A stretch of DNA of 64,000 nt from Prasinococcaceae sp. CCMP 1430. Lineage: Eukaryota > Plantae > Prasinodermophyta. Below the pieces are notes generated by a model, which was not told the DNA's origin, did no database searches, and worked only from the letters and a program-made list of their open reading frames with translations. The stretch lies in assembly GCA_013416795.1 (NCBI GenBank), contig RQSC01000958.1, positions 66,204 through 130,203 on the forward strand. The letters are read 5' to 3'. Positions 33,449 to 45,600 of the stretch are shown here, piece by piece. The number at the start of each line of letters is the position of its first letter. The stretch's first letter is position 1. Both the position numbers and the translations under genes were made by a program.

Positions 33449-35737
33449 ATGGCGCGACGCTCGCGGTGCGCGGCCGCGGCCGCGGCGGCGGCCGCGCTCG
33501 CGCTCGCGGCGCTCGCTCCGCGGCACGCAATCCTGTTTGTACAAGCGCTCAACACCCAGCAATCAACGGAGCACACGCAGAAGCGGTGGGCGCCGCGCGG
33601 CGGTAACGCGACGGGACCCTCCAGTGCGGTGTATGGAGTGCTCGACAGCGCACAGATTGCCGTAGTCGGGCGCGGTGCGGCGCGGGCACGGGCGCGAGCA
33701 GCTGGCGGTGGCGATGGTGGTCGCGTGCCGAGCAACAATGTTGCAGCTGCACGCGAGCCGCCATGGGCGAAGCGCTACAGGAGGCTGTGGGGAGAGTTGC
33801 ACGCACCGGGCAGTGCAAACGCTGAGTGGCACGCTGCACGCGTAGGATGGCTGGCACAGGAGGTCGACGCGTCGCCGCTCGAGTTCGTGCCGCCGCGCCC
33901 AGAGTATACCGCGGGTCAATTAGACGAGTCAACGGGAAATGCGTCGTACGCCCCGAGGCAGTCTGCCTCCTCCGTCGTCCTAGTGTACGGCCCGCGCGAG
34001 CGGGGTGGCGAGCGGGGCTTTCAGTGGCTGCCCGCAAACGCATCGACGCTCCCGCACTGGTGCGCCAAGAGGAGACTCAACAGCGGTAGCGACATTGACG
34101 GTCCAGGCAGCGCTGGTGGTAGCACACGCGGAGGGGGCGCGCAACGACTGTCGGAAGAGTCCGCATACGTGCGCGTGCGCGCCAGTGTGGTGCTCGGCAC
34201 ACCGCACGTCGACCCCGGCGCGCCCAATTACAACCACCTCCTCTCGAATCTGGCGCTGCCGGCTTTTGCAGCGATGCGCGCGCGGGGGCTCCTGACAAAC
34301 GCGGTGGCACCCGCAGCCGGCATGCATATCGTCTACATATCAGCAGTTGGGGCAGCAGGCGAAATGCGGGGCACACTGCGCCCGATGTCGCTGCGACCTC
34401 GCGGTGTTTTCGACGCCGTTTTTAGCGCGGTCCTTGGCACAGGCCTGGGCAAGGGTGGAGAGGCACATGACGACGATAATTCACACGCCATTCGCGGAGG
34501 TGACGACGCAGAGGGCAGCATCGTGTATGCTGACGCGCTGCTCGACTCTCTCGGTGGCGAGGGCTGTGTGGTCATCGACGGTGGCGAGTTCGCTGGGGGT
34601 GCCATGGCACGCAACGACCCCCTGTGGGAGGCTGCCGCGAGGGGCGATACTAGCAGGACGCGCACTGTGATTGCGAGCGTGGCGCAGGAATTTGCCCGTC
34701 GGTGTACGGAGTGGGCGCACGCCATCGTCAGCGCGCACAATCTTCGATCCGAAGGCGCACCTGTGCTTGGTCTGGAGAAAGGTGAGGGAGACGTGCTCAT
34801 CATCGATCGCGGCTCTCAGCGACGGACGCAGGCGGGCCGAGGGCGAGCCGCGCGCGCCGCCAATAGCGCTGGCGGTGCCCAAACTGGTTTCGCTGGGGAT
34901 GCGGATGACCATGCGCGCATCGGAGGCGCGTCAACGACAATGCTTTTGACAGCGCATGCTGGGCGTCGCTCGCTGCGTGCCGTGCCCAAACATCGCACTG
35001 CCCGTGTTGACGAGAGGCACGGCACTGCGAGGCGTTTCATCGGCAGTACTAGCAAGGCGAGGGGTGCGCGGGCATTCATGAACCTGCCGTCCTCCTTGAG
35101 CGCACTGCCCCTCGCCGAGATGCGTTCGCGATTGCGCGTCTTTGACCCAGCGACTGGATCCGCGCGGCCGGTAGCGATGCCCGGCGGCGGCGAGGCCCAG
35201 GGTGCGCAAGACATGAACAGAGGTGGCGAATTGGGGGCTCGCGAGCGGGCGAATGGTGCTACCACCGCCGAAGACGTGTCGAGCGTGGCGAGGCGTGCAC
35301 TCGCGGCCACGGTTTTAGCCGTGCGGCGCGCGTCCGTGTTGATTGGTGTACATGGTGCTGGTCTGGCAAACACGCTCTTCTTGCGTCCGGGTGCGGTGGT
35401 CGTAGAGCTCGTGCCATTCGGTCTCTGCGAGTGCAACTACTTCGCAGAGAGTATATTTCATTCGATGGCATGGGCTGTGGATGCGACGTACGCGGCGGTG
35501 TGCCTTCGGCGGGAGCACATGTTATACCTGCCTGGCTCCGAGCCGACAACCGAGCAGGTACAAGATCCGTGCACGCATGCACACTGGCCGTTCCTGTATG
35601 GCGTACTTGGAATCTCGCTCTCTCCCACCGATTGGGAAGGCATCATACGGGACGCGCTGGCCCTAAGCGGCCGCAGGCCATCAAATGACACCGCCAGCAT
35701 GAGGCGGCGCGTCCTCATCAATCTTTCAGAAGCGTAA
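33449..35737 (+). CDS. GT61-like glycosyltransferase (DUF563)
   Basis: NYNHLLSNLALPAF, VLIIDRG, VRRASVLIGVHGAGLANTLFLRPGAVVVELVP; N-terminal signal/TM. Confidence 0.8.
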   Translation: MARRSRCAAAAAAAAALALAALAPRHAILFVQALNTQQSTEHTQKRWAPRGGNATGPSSAVYGVLDSAQIAVVGRGAARARARAAGGGDGGRVPSNNVAAAREPPWAKRYRRLWGELHAPGSANAEWHAARVGWLAQEVDASPLEFVPPRPEYTAGQLDESTGNASYAPRQSASSVVLVYGPRERGGERGFQWLPANASTLPHWCAKRRLNSGSDIDGPGSAGGSTRGGGAQRLSEESAYVRVRASVVLGTPHVDPGAPNYNHLLSNLALPAFAAMRARGLLTNAVAPAAGMHIVYISAVGAAGEMRGTLRPMSLRPRGVFDAVFSAVLGTGLGKGGEAHDDDNSHAIRGGDDAEGSIVYADALLDSLGGEGCVVIDGGEFAGGAMARNDPLWEAAARGDTSRTRTVIASVAQEFARRCTEWAHAIVSAHNLRSEGAPVLGLEKGEGDVLIIDRGSQRRTQAGRGRAARAANSAGGAQTGFAGDADDHARIGGASTTMLLTAHAGRRSLRAVPKHRTARVDERHGTARRFIGSTSKARGARAFMNLPSSLSALPLAEMRSRLRVFDPATGSARPVAMPGGGEAQGAQDMNRGGELGARERANGATTAEDVSSVARRALAATVLAVRRASVLIGVHGAGLANTLFLRPGAVVVELVPFGLCECNYFAESIFHSMAWAVDATYAAVCLRREHMLYLPGSEPTTEQVQDPCTHAHWPFLYGVLGISLSPTDWEGIIRDALALSGRRPSNDTASMRRRVLINLSEA

Positions 35738-36400
35738 ATGACCAATGCCGTCCGAAGCATGCTGGTGGCCCAGGCTCAGCGGTGCAATGAAGGTGCTCTG
35801 TACAGTATTGTAATGAGGGGTGTTGTACAGGGTCCAATGTGTCGGGGGGAGGTGTCGTGTGTGAGCAGTCTGACACACGCGCGCGGTGCGGCGCACGGGG
35901 CGTGCGGCGCGCGTGTAGGCCGGATGCCAACGCACGCCACCCGGATGATGATCTTCACACATGCACTGGCCGAGCACCTGGCCGATTGCGCGCGATCCAT
36001 GATACCATGCATCGCATCACAATCATATCGCGCATATCAGAATGAAAGGGCCACCAAGCAGTCGAAGCTCGAAACTCGAAAAAGGACGTTTGAGTTTGAC
36101 CCCATCTGGGACGGGTTCCCCAACGGTCGAGCAGGTGCGCGCTGGGGCCGGCGGGGGCCACACCAGCGCACCGCGCCGCCGCGCCTCACCCTTCACTGTC
36201 ACCTCGAGCGCGCCGCCCTCGAGGTGCAGCCGGGGCTCGCCGGGACGGCGGGGGCACGACAGCGCACCGCGCCCTCCCCCTCCCTCCCCACCGCGCCCCC
36301 CAGCCTCGGCCTCCTTCTCACCCAAACAAACACACACACCCAACTGCCACCTCGAGCGTGCGCTCCAGCCGTGCCCTTGGCGCGCGCCTCCGCCTCCGCG

Positions 36401-38362
36401 ATGGCAGGCGCGGCCGCCGAGGGGCCGTCGGCGGGGCTGCAAGCGGACATGGGCAGGGGCGTTCTCAGGCGCGCAGCAAGTGAGGGCGCGCCCGTGGCGG
36501 TGGGGTCTCAGGGCCGGTGGACGCGCGCCATCGACCTTGTGAACGCCGCGGCGGGTTTCCGCAAGCTCGCCAGTGACCTCGCGAATCGCGAGCGCTTGGC
36601 ACGTGCCCTTTCGCGGACGCCGCGCGTCTCCGTGGACGAGAAGCCAGAAGCGGCCACAAACGAGCCATCGGCGCGGCCGCAGTCGTCAGGGTCAGGGGCG
36701 GTGAGGCAGTCAGGGCAGTGGGCGCGCGCGTTCAAACTGGTGCTTGCCGCGGAGGATATTCGCAAGGCGGCGCGCGACCTTGTCGAACGCGAGCGCGAGG
36801 AGCTGCGGCAGCTGCGGAAAGAGAAGCAAAAAGGAAAGGGAGAGGTTTGGAAGGCAGCGGCCAACGACCTCGACGACTCCACAGGCCTGAGCCCGTTGCA
36901 CATGGCGTGCAAGGAAGGAGACGCAGAGGCGGTGCAAATTCTCATGAAGAGCGAGGGCGTGAGCCCCAGCGAGCCCGCGTCCGCAGAGCGCGATTCCATT
37001 TGCCCCCTGCACCTGGCGGCCGCGGGCGGCCACATCAAGTGCGTGGAGGCGCTGCTCGCCGCTGGCGCCGCGCCAGGGGCGACGGACGCACACGGGCGCA
37101 CGGCGCTGCACGCGGCGGCGGAGAGGTGTGGCGCACATGCCGACGCTACTGCTTTCACGAGCGCCCACACGCCACGAGCGCGCCCGACACGCATGGACTC
37201 AGGCTTCGACACGGCAAGCATAGCGAGCACGCCGAAAGCGACCACATCCAGCGCGGGCGCTGGCCTCAGCGCGCGGTGCGTGCAAGCAGCAGAGATGATA
37301 CTGAAGACGGCCGCCAAGGAGTCGCAGGAGGCGTCCGCAACGCTCGCGCGGGCGGCGACCTCCGACAGGGCGGGCAGGCGGACGGCCATGCACGAGGCAG
37401 CGCGCAACGGCTGTGAGCCGATGGTGAGGCTACTCGCGAGTGCTGTCAGGGGCGCGAGTTCGGGCGCGAGCGCGGACGGTAGCGACGACGCGGACGCGGG
37501 CGCAAGTGCCGCACTGCTCGGGGTAGGCGACGCGCGCGGGCGTACACCGCTGCATGACGCAGCGCGCAAGGGCCACGCAGCCGCCGTGGCAGCGCTCGTC
37601 GAGCTGGGCGCGCCGCTGGGCGCACGAGACGACCCGGGTGACAACGTGCTGCACTTGGCCGCCGCGGCCGGGATGGTGAGGCCACTGCGCGGGGCTATCG
37701 AGCGCAGGGCCGCGCGCGCCGTCGTCGACGACGGCGCGGCTGCGTCCAACAAGGGCAGCGCCGCGGCGGAGGCGGATTGGAGCAGCGGCGGAGGCGAGCA
37801 GGTGAGCGACGGTGGCGGCGGCATGAAGGGACGCGGCGCCGAAGCGGTGCTCTCCGCTGCTGCGGGTGCCGCGTGCGCGCTGGGCGCTGATGGTGCCACA
37901 CCACTGCACATCGCGGTTGTGGCCGGCGACGTGCAAGCTGCCGAGGACCTTGTCGTGCTGGGCGGTCTCGGCGCGTTGGTTGTCCCGGACACGAATAACC
38001 GCACGCCAAATGAACTCGCAAAGGAGCTCGCGCGTTCGCACGCATGCACACGCGTGACCGACCCCGCACGCGCTCGCAGGCTTGAGGTCGCGGACCGAGC
38101 CATCGAGGTGCACCGCGCGCTCGTGGAGCACCGCATGCGCTTCGCGCGCGCGATTGCCGCCGGCAGGGATGGAGGAGAAGATGAATCGCCTACAAGCTAT
38201 CCATCACCTACACGCCGATTGACGCTTGGCTCCGGCGTGACCCGCAGTTTGGGGTTGACGACGCGCGGCTCCGGCGTGACCGGCAGTTTCGGGGGCAGCG
38301 TGTCCAGCTCTGTCCTGCTTGGCGCGCGCGCGAAGGAGAAGCTCGGTAAGCTCGCCATGTAA
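36401..38362 (+). CDS. Ankyrin repeat protein
   Basis: Repeated GLSPLHMACKEG, CPLHLAAAGGH, GRTALHAAA, GRTPLHDAARKGH, GATPLHIAV. Confidence 0.88.
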   Translation: MAGAAAEGPSAGLQADMGRGVLRRAASEGAPVAVGSQGRWTRAIDLVNAAAGFRKLASDLANRERLARALSRTPRVSVDEKPEAATNEPSARPQSSGSGAVRQSGQWARAFKLVLAAEDIRKAARDLVEREREELRQLRKEKQKGKGEVWKAAANDLDDSTGLSPLHMACKEGDAEAVQILMKSEGVSPSEPASAERDSICPLHLAAAGGHIKCVEALLAAGAAPGATDAHGRTALHAAAERCGAHADATAFTSAHTPRARPTRMDSGFDTASIASTPKATTSSAGAGLSARCVQAAEMILKTAAKESQEASATLARAATSDRAGRRTAMHEAARNGCEPMVRLLASAVRGASSGASADGSDDADAGASAALLGVGDARGRTPLHDAARKGHAAAVAALVELGAPLGARDDPGDNVLHLAAAAGMVRPLRGAIERRAARAVVDDGAAASNKGSAAAEADWSSGGGEQVSDGGGGMKGRGAEAVLSAAAGAACALGADGATPLHIAVVAGDVQAAEDLVVLGGLGALVVPDTNNRTPNELAKELARSHACTRVTDPARARRLEVADRAIEVHRALVEHRMRFARAIAAGRDGGEDESPTSYPSPTRRLTLGSGVTRSLGLTTRGSGVTGSFGGSVSSSVLLGARAKEKLGKLAM

Positions 38363-38541
38363 GGCGTTGCACGCGCTCTGCGTTGAGCGAGGTGGCGCGC
38401 CGCTCAATGGTGTACAGGCGCGCGCTCGGTACCATACCTGTGGTGTGTATACATCTATTGTACATTGTCTACAGCACAATTCTGCGTGCTCGAGCTGCGT
38501 GAGTGGCGGTGCGGCCACCCCAGCGCTCGTGCGCGCCTCCC

Positions 38542-39657
38542 TTAGCGGCGCAGGCGCTTCAGCTTAGGCTGCTGCAGCTGCTGCGCGGTCGCTGAGGCAG
38601 CGCCCTCGGCATCGCGCGTGCTGGCGATACCGCCGATCGTGCGCGAGGATATGCTGACCTTGCCGCTGCGTAGGCGTGCGCGCAAGTGGCACCTGGTCAG
38701 ATGCGCCCTCGTGAGTGGGAGCGGGGCTTCGTGCGTGCGCGCATGCGAGCACCCGCCGCACAGCCCTGCTCGCGGCCGCGTCCAACGCACCTCAGCGCCC
38801 CCATGCCGGCCGGCCCCGTCCCAGCAGCGACCACACACCGGCGCTCGTCGGCCGCGCGCGCGACGCGCGCGGCCTCGGTGCGCATGCGCTCGCACGCGCG
38901 CGGCCGCACGCCTAGGCATGCGCCCAGCAGCGCGCACGCCTCGCGCGGCGTGCGCACTTCGCGAGGATCGCGAGCGCCAGCCACGAGGGCGATGCCACGC
39001 CGGCCGCCGCGCGTCGCCCAGAGCAGAGCGCGCGCGTTCGCGACGAACGCACGGCGCGCGGCTGACGGCGGCCGCACGAGCGGCGCGTATGGTAGCTCGA
39101 AGACGACGCCGCGTGCCACGGCGGCTGACACACGCTCCCTGCGGCCCACGCATGCACATGAGAGAGGGAGGAGTCGTCGACATCAGCCGGCGGAGCGCAC
39201 AAGCACGCGAACGCGCACGCTCACGGGCAGGCGAGCAGCAGTGGGCGCACGCGCACCTCTTGAGCGCGAACGGCATCTTGCCCTCGACGTGTGCCTCGAT
39301 CGAGATGGTGTCGATGGCCGCCGCTGCGCACGCGTGCTCGAATTCGCGCTCGCTCGCAGGAGCTGCGGCGACGCACACATGTACGCCGTGGCGCGACGTC
39401 GAGCCGTCGCGCGCGCGTGCGGCGGCAGCGGCGCAGCGCGTGGCAAGCGCGCCCGCCACGCCGCCACCCGCGACTTCCACGCGCACCACGCCCGCCCCTG
39501 GCGCCGCGCCGCCACCCCCGTCCTTGCCTTCGCTCGCGAGCACGCCCGCAGCACGCACTGAGCACCAGCCAGCGTTTGCCGCGGCCGCCGCTACGCCCTC
39601 AGCCACACGCTCGCCTGCCGCGGTTGCAGCGGGCGCGAGGTCCACCCACGGTGCCAT
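38542..39657 (-). CDS. RPP30: RNase P/MRP subunit p30; introns 39139-39256, 38666-38790
   Basis: PASEREFEHAC..IDTISI..KMPFALKR|ERVSAAVARGVVFELPYAPLV..RRAFVANARAL..GIALVAGA..EVRTP. Confidence 0.82.
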   Translation of the reverse strand: MAPWVDLAPAATAAGERVAEGVAAAAANAGWCSVRAAGVLASEGKDGGGGAAPGAGVVRVEVAGGGVAGALATRCAAAAARARDGSTSRHGVHVCVAAAPASEREFEHACAAAAIDTISIEAHVEGKMPFALKRCACAHCCSPARERARSRACALRRLMSTTPPSLMCMRGPQGACVSRRGTRRRLRATIRAARAAAVSRAPCVRRERARSALGDARRPAWHRPRGWRSRSSRSAHAARGVRAAGRMPRRAAARVRAHAHRGRARRARGRRAPVCGRCWDGAGRHGGAEVRWTRPRAGLCGGCSHARTHEAPLPLTRAHLTRCHLRARLRSGKVSISSRTIGGIASTRDAEGAASATAQQLQQPKLKRLRR

Positions 39658-39896
39658 CGCCGACGCGTCGCCCTCAGACGTCACAGCGCGCCGGAGGAGG
39701 GGCAGCCGAGCGTCCGTCAACGCGCGGTCCGCCAGCGCGCGCGCGTGTGGTGCGCTCCGCGCGATCGCGGGCGCGCCAAAACGCGCGCGCCGTGCGCCCC
39801 GTGGCTGAGCCCGCAGCGCCGCGCCGCGCCGCGCCGCACCGCGCTGCGCCACACCACACATTACTCCGGCGCGGCAGACACCCCTCGTCAGACACG

Positions 39897-41160
39897 ATGA
39901 GCCGCCTCCTGCTGAGCGACATCGACGGCACGCTTGCGCACTCGCGCGTTGCCCTCGAGCGCGGCGGCGCGCGCGCGGTGCGTGTTGCGGGCATGGACAT
40001 TGTGCAGTGCAACGCCGAGGGCGGCAGCGAGGGCGGCATGGAGAGCGAGGCGCCACGCGAGCTCGTGCCGCTGCCGCCGTCGTCAACTGGTCAGGTGCGC
40101 GTATGCACTGCGCGCCGGCAGCGTGTGCGCTCGTGCGCCCGTTCGTGAGGCTTGCGCTCACACGCTCGCACGCTGACACGCTGCGGTGCCGCTCCTTCGA
40201 GTGCTTTTTGTGCGCGCTGTAGTGCGCCTTCGTGTCCGCGCGCACGTACGAGCTGTGCGCCACGCTGCGGCGCGCGGGGGTGCGACTGGCCATCCTTACA
40301 GGCGCACGCACCGGGACGCTGCTGCAGCGCGCGCCCGCGCTTCCCGCAGCGGACGCCTACGCCGCGGAGAACGGCGGCCGCATCTTCTACGCTTCCGCGC
40401 CAGGTGGTGAGACGCTGCTGCGCGAGGACATCGAGTGGAGGGCGCGCATGGACGCGGCGTGTGGCTCGGCGGCCGAGGTGAGCAGCGCACCACTCAAGCA
40501 TGAGCACACGCGCACGCGCGTATTCACGCGCCGCTGGTGCTGCTGGCGGTGCCCGTGTGCCTTAGTGTGCTTCGCATACCCTTGGCTAACGCCGCCGCCT
40601 CGCCTGCGCAGGCCGCGCTCGAGCCACCCGAGCGCCGGAGCGGCGAGCTGTGGCAGCTCTACCGGCGGATGGCGGCCGAGGGGTGGCGGCTCGATGCCAA
40701 GGGCTACTCGACCAGCTTCCGCTGCAGCGCCGACAAGGGAGGCGGCGAGCGGGGCGCGGCAGCGCTCGCGCGCCTGGTCGAGGAGGTGAACGCTGCGCAG
40801 CCGAGGTTGCTCAAAGCTTCGCACAACTTGGGGCACGCCGACTTCTACCCAGTGTGCAGCGGCAAGGAGGGCGCCGCGGCCAGGATGTGCGAGCACTTTG
40901 GCGTGGGGCGCGCCGACGCGAGCGCAATGTTCGACGACGAGAACGATCTCGGCATGGCCGACTTCGTGGGCGGGCTACGGCTGGTGGTCGGATGCTCCTG
41001 CGACGCCGTCACGCGCGTCGTGGAGGCGGCGCCGCAGCGCTTCACGACCACCCTGGCGCGGGACGCCGCCGCAACCGAGCACATGCTGCGCGCCGCACTC
41101 GAGTGGGCTGGCGGCGGCGCGGCGGTGGCAGGCATGGTGGGCGAACAAGCAAATTCCTGA
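39897..41160 (+). CDS. HAD-superfamily (class IIB, Cof/SPP-like) hydrolase; introns 40095-40222, 40478-40611
   Basis: LLSDIDGTL (motif I), LTGAR, AENGGRI, SGKEGAA, MFDDENDLGM (motif IV). Confidence 0.87.
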
Positions 41161-41329
41161 GGGGTGGCACTCGGGGCATGGCTCAGGACGCGCGCATGGC
41201 CACGGCGCGCGCGCTCGTGCGCGTCGCACGTCACGCTTTCTCTCTCGCTCGACTATGGTCGCTAGTGACATGGGCGCCGGCGACACGCGTGCGCACGCAC
41301 CGGCTAGCCATGAGTTGGATAGCTTATTC

Positions 41330-42070
41330 TCAGGCCATCTGCTTCTCTTGCACTGGCGCCGCCTCCGTCGCCTCGCCCTGCGTCTGCGCCGCGTTCGACA
41401 CAGGCAGGTTGCCATAATTTTCCTTTGTTGGCTTGCCTGTGCCCGCGCGCAGCGCGCGGTTGCACCCGTAAATGCTGATCTCGTCCGCACTGACGGGGTA
41501 CCAGACGAACAGTGAGTACCCTGAAATGCCACAGTAGCAGGGCCGCTCGTCGGTTCCGCCATAGCGACACGTGTGCCAGCCAAAGAAAGGGCACGGTGTG
41601 CCACCACACCAACAGTATTGGCATACACACACGTCAGGTTGCCGTGCGCGCGCGAGCGAGCCCTCCTTTGCCACCACGTTGGTGCACGGGCCGCCACAGC
41701 CCGAGCTGCACTCGGTCAGATGGAAGGTCGACTTGATGCCTGCGTGCGTTGCATCGTTGCAGGCAAGCGAGTAGTGGCGGATGGCGGCATTGTTGGCCAA
41801 TTGGTTGGAGCAATGACGTCAGAGGCGCGAGCGGAGGGGGGCGCAGGCGCGCGGTGTGCGAGCCAGCTCGAGCGCCGCTGCACGCCTGTGACTTCAGCAC
41901 ATGTCGACGCACGCACATGAGTCCTCCTGAAAGTGGCCGTCCATGAGCAAGCGCACGTCCAGGATGTTGGCGTCGCCGGCCTGGTCCGCTGTGGACTTGT
42001 CAACAGCCTCCGCGGCGCCAAGCTTGGCGGCGCTGGCGCTCGCGCCGGCCTCCTCCTCGCCGGCCATCAT
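41330..42070 (-). CDS. Small Cys-rich hypothetical protein; intron 41740-41916
   Basis: MAGEEE..DGHFQEDS|CIKSTFHLTECSSGCGGPC..CVCQYCWCGGTPCPFFGWHTC..CYCG. A GTGCGT donor, CTGAC branch and GCAG acceptor join the two ORFs in frame. Confidence 0.65.
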
Positions 42071-42693
42071 CGCTCCACCGCCCCGCCCCTGCGCGCCTTC
42101 GCTACCGGCGCACGCGGGCGCGCGCGCTCTGGCGCGCCTGTCGGCGCCCGCGACGTCGCCGCGGTGTGCTGCCCTGGCACCAGGGGGGCCGCCCGCACCA
42201 GCCGCGCGCGACGCCCGCTGAATGTCACATGAGTGCGCGCTCATCAGCCTCGCGGCAAGAAAAATAAGGGACCTGTGGTGCACGCACGCAGTTCGCAAAC
42301 TCATTGGGACGGCATCGAAGAAAAGACACTGTCAATAAGGACCGAAGGTCGGTCTGGCCGGTCAAATACCCCGGTCTCTGGTCCAACACTCCCGTCCAAC
42401 CCTGGTCTCACAGCGGAGCGCGCTGGAACGATTTTTAGGCGGGCGCAAATCCGCCTGGCGAGGCGTACGATAGCGCGGCGGCGCGAGGCCAGAGCGCGCG
42501 CGCGCGCGCGCCCGCCCGCCATCGGGCTGGTAGGTGTGCGCGTGGTGCCTGGGCGTGGGCTGCGCCAGGACACAGCCCGCTCCCATCGGCTCACGGCGAC
42601 GCGAAGTGTTGGCAGGTACCGTGTATCTGTTTGCATCCCTTCCCTCGTCGGCAGCCGCTGCGCGCGCCTCTTTGCATTGGTGCTGCCGCAGTG

Positions 42694-45600
42694 ATGGAGG
42701 CACTCGTGGCAATAGCAGCTACGGATGCAGAGGTTGAGCTGCACGGAGATCCTACAGCAGCTAAATTACCAGAACGGCGCGAGTTGAAATGGACGCGCGC
42801 CCCTGCGTACCTGCCTCGCGACCCCTTCGAAGAGCGCGCGAGGGAGCTGCGCACTGTCAGCCACGCGTGCAGCTTGTCGCTGAGCGAAGCCGCAGAGGCT
42901 GCGCTCGCCCCGGAGCGCCTCGACGGGGCGTTGCGAGGACTTCTCCGTGCCAAGAAGGACTCCACAGCGAGCGCCGGTGTCGCAGAATCTGCTGGACATG
43001 CCGGCGCCCTGCCGCTCGCCGATGATGACATTGATGAGACCAGAGAGAGCGCACATGCATTTGGCGTGCTTGCGGATCCGCTGGGAGAATTGCTGGCGCT
43101 TGCCCTCGTCAGTGACCGTGACGTTGACGTCCGCGAGGCTGCTGAGTCCGACGAGGCTAGAATACCTGCGCGCATCGTCACACTACCTGCTGCTACACGT
43201 GTGCGGCTCCAACTGGCGCCGGCGCATCGCGAAGAGATGTGGGCGCGGCCATCAACAGTGGCTGCGGAGAGCACCGAGGCGTGCACGCTGGCACTACTTG
43301 CAACGGATGCACACGCGATTTCACAGCGGCGTCAGAGGAAAGACGCATCTGCTCATCATCTTGAGCTCCCGATGATACCTAAGGCGAGCATCGGCGCGCC
43401 AAACAGGCGCAGCGCTGTCGCAACAGCAATGGCTTGGAGGGATGCGACTGGGATGGGATGGGACTCTCTGCAGCATGCATTGCATGTGCTGTCGCCGGCA
43501 GATGTGGTCTCCGAACCAGACGCGGCAAACAAGCGCAAGCTTGCAGCACTTAGGCGGCGCGCTATGGAACCGGGAACAGAAATCGGCGGGGCAAGCTCGC
43601 CCCTGAGGATGGCCTCAGCGCCTGCCGAGGGCGTGCCTGGTGCAGAGTACAGCGACCACGGTCTAGACGTGACCCCCGCGCAGCTCGCCCGCGATGCCAA
43701 CGCGGCGCTGCGCCGAGTCTCCGCTGCGCACTTCCAAGGGGGCGCCGCTCTTCTGGAAAGTCCTGTCGTCCTTGGCAGCGCCGCTGAGCAGCGCCAGCGG
43801 GCGTCGCGGCTATTCATCGCCGCCGGCGCGTGCAGCAGCAAGTCACCTGCTGGTGAGCTCGTGCCGTTTCCACCCGCGTTGGTGTCGCTGGTGCGCATCG
43901 CAGAGCGCTGCGTTCCAGCGGCCGCGGCAGCATACGACGGAATGGGCGTGCGCATGGACGAGACAGCCGTTGTGCGGGTGAACAGGATGCTCGAATGCTC
44001 AGGACTACCGCTCTTCGATACGGCAGCAGTGCTAGCTGAAGTCTGCATCGCACGCTCGACGGGGGCGCCGGCGTCACGCACCGACCCAAGTGCTGTTAGC
44101 CCGCAAGAGGCGTTCAACATCGCACACGCGAGACTCACAGCCGGCGTTTTCGAGGACTGCAGCGTACGACCGGCATCATCTGATGATACGACATTCGCGC
44201 ACCGTGAGAGCCGCACTGGGCAGAAGATTTGGGGCGCCAGCGCCATCTCGCTGGAATTGCCGGTGGCTCTCACCGCGTGCGATGTGTTGGGACCCTGCGC
44301 CAGGATCGCATTCGCATCGCTGCTGAAGCAGTCAACGATAGGAGCTGAGAGGCTCGGTGGTGGCTACCCCAGCAGTCTCGGGAGCTACGTCGGCGCCGAG
44401 CTGGTGCCTCTTGTCAGCGACGGAGACCTCGCGTACTCGGATGTTTCGCGCCTCGTCGTGGATGCAGACCTTGCTGCCTCATACGCCATGTTCCCTCCAC
44501 CAGCCTTGCCCCCCTCACAAGTACCCGACTTTCCTCCACCGCTCGTGGATCCAGTCGCGCTAGCGTCACGACTTGCGCTCACAACCAGAACACTGTGCTC
44601 TGGGGCCGTGTCAACGCTCTATCTGGACTGGCACTTGAGCGCGCGAGGCGCCTGCACGGATCGATCCTGCTTCCGCGCGAAGCAATTGGTCGCGGATGGG
44701 GCTGCACCCCGCAAGCCAGCCCGCGGCATGCCCGGGCCTGGACGAACGCGCATGCACGTGGACGAAGTGATTGCCGCAGGCGAATCTGCTGTCGCGCGAG
44801 CTGGTGGCTCGGCCGCAGCGCTGCTGGACGCTCTTCGCCATGCCGCTCTTCGCGATAAGGGGGGCAAGGGCTGGCACAGTACACTCGTCATAGCGAGAGC
44901 TATTCAAGAGGGTCGCGTCAGCCATGGCCCTGGATATTTTACACGGTGCGCGCGGCCTTCGGACATGACAGGAGCAACCGCCGATGCATGCCGACGCGAT
45001 AGTGCCGCCGCGTGCGGCACTCAGGACAACGAGGAGCCCAACGGCAGCGATGGGCATTGGCTGCCGAGTCTGGCGAGGACGCAGACAGCTGGCCATGCGC
45101 AGCGCACGAGGAATGCCTCGTCGTATCGGCAGGAGGTCTGGCGCGCCCCCCTTAGTGAGCTACAGACGAGCATCGTGAAGGCTATGCGCCGCGACTACGA
45201 GGAGCTCCTGTGTGCCAATGGATGCGCGGTAGCCGAGGCGTGCAGTCGAGGAGGGTGCAGGACTGCCTTCGTCTTCGACCTTCTCGAAGGTGAAACAGAC
45301 GCGCGCATGGCTGAACTCGCGGCGGCGGCGCCCGAGGGCGCCAGCAAGCAGGGCCTCATGTCTCTGTATCTACTCCGGCAAGCCGCTCGGCATTGCTTTC
45401 AGCACGGGATCAGCGTGGCGCACCTGTTTCTGCAGCACGCGCTCTTCGCTGCGGGAAGTCGTGCCACCCTTCTGCGCGGCGAGCTACTCCGCGAGACGTA
45501 CGTTGCGCTGGCAGCGGCCTATGAGGCGGTTGAGACGCACGAGGCTGTGGACCACCCCAAGATTGAGCTGCTCGTCGACAAGCTGAGGTCGAGCGCCGCA

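Noticed and set aside
41894-41896. TGA after CACVDMC as selenocysteine
   Set aside because: It lies inside the inferred intron 41740-41916.
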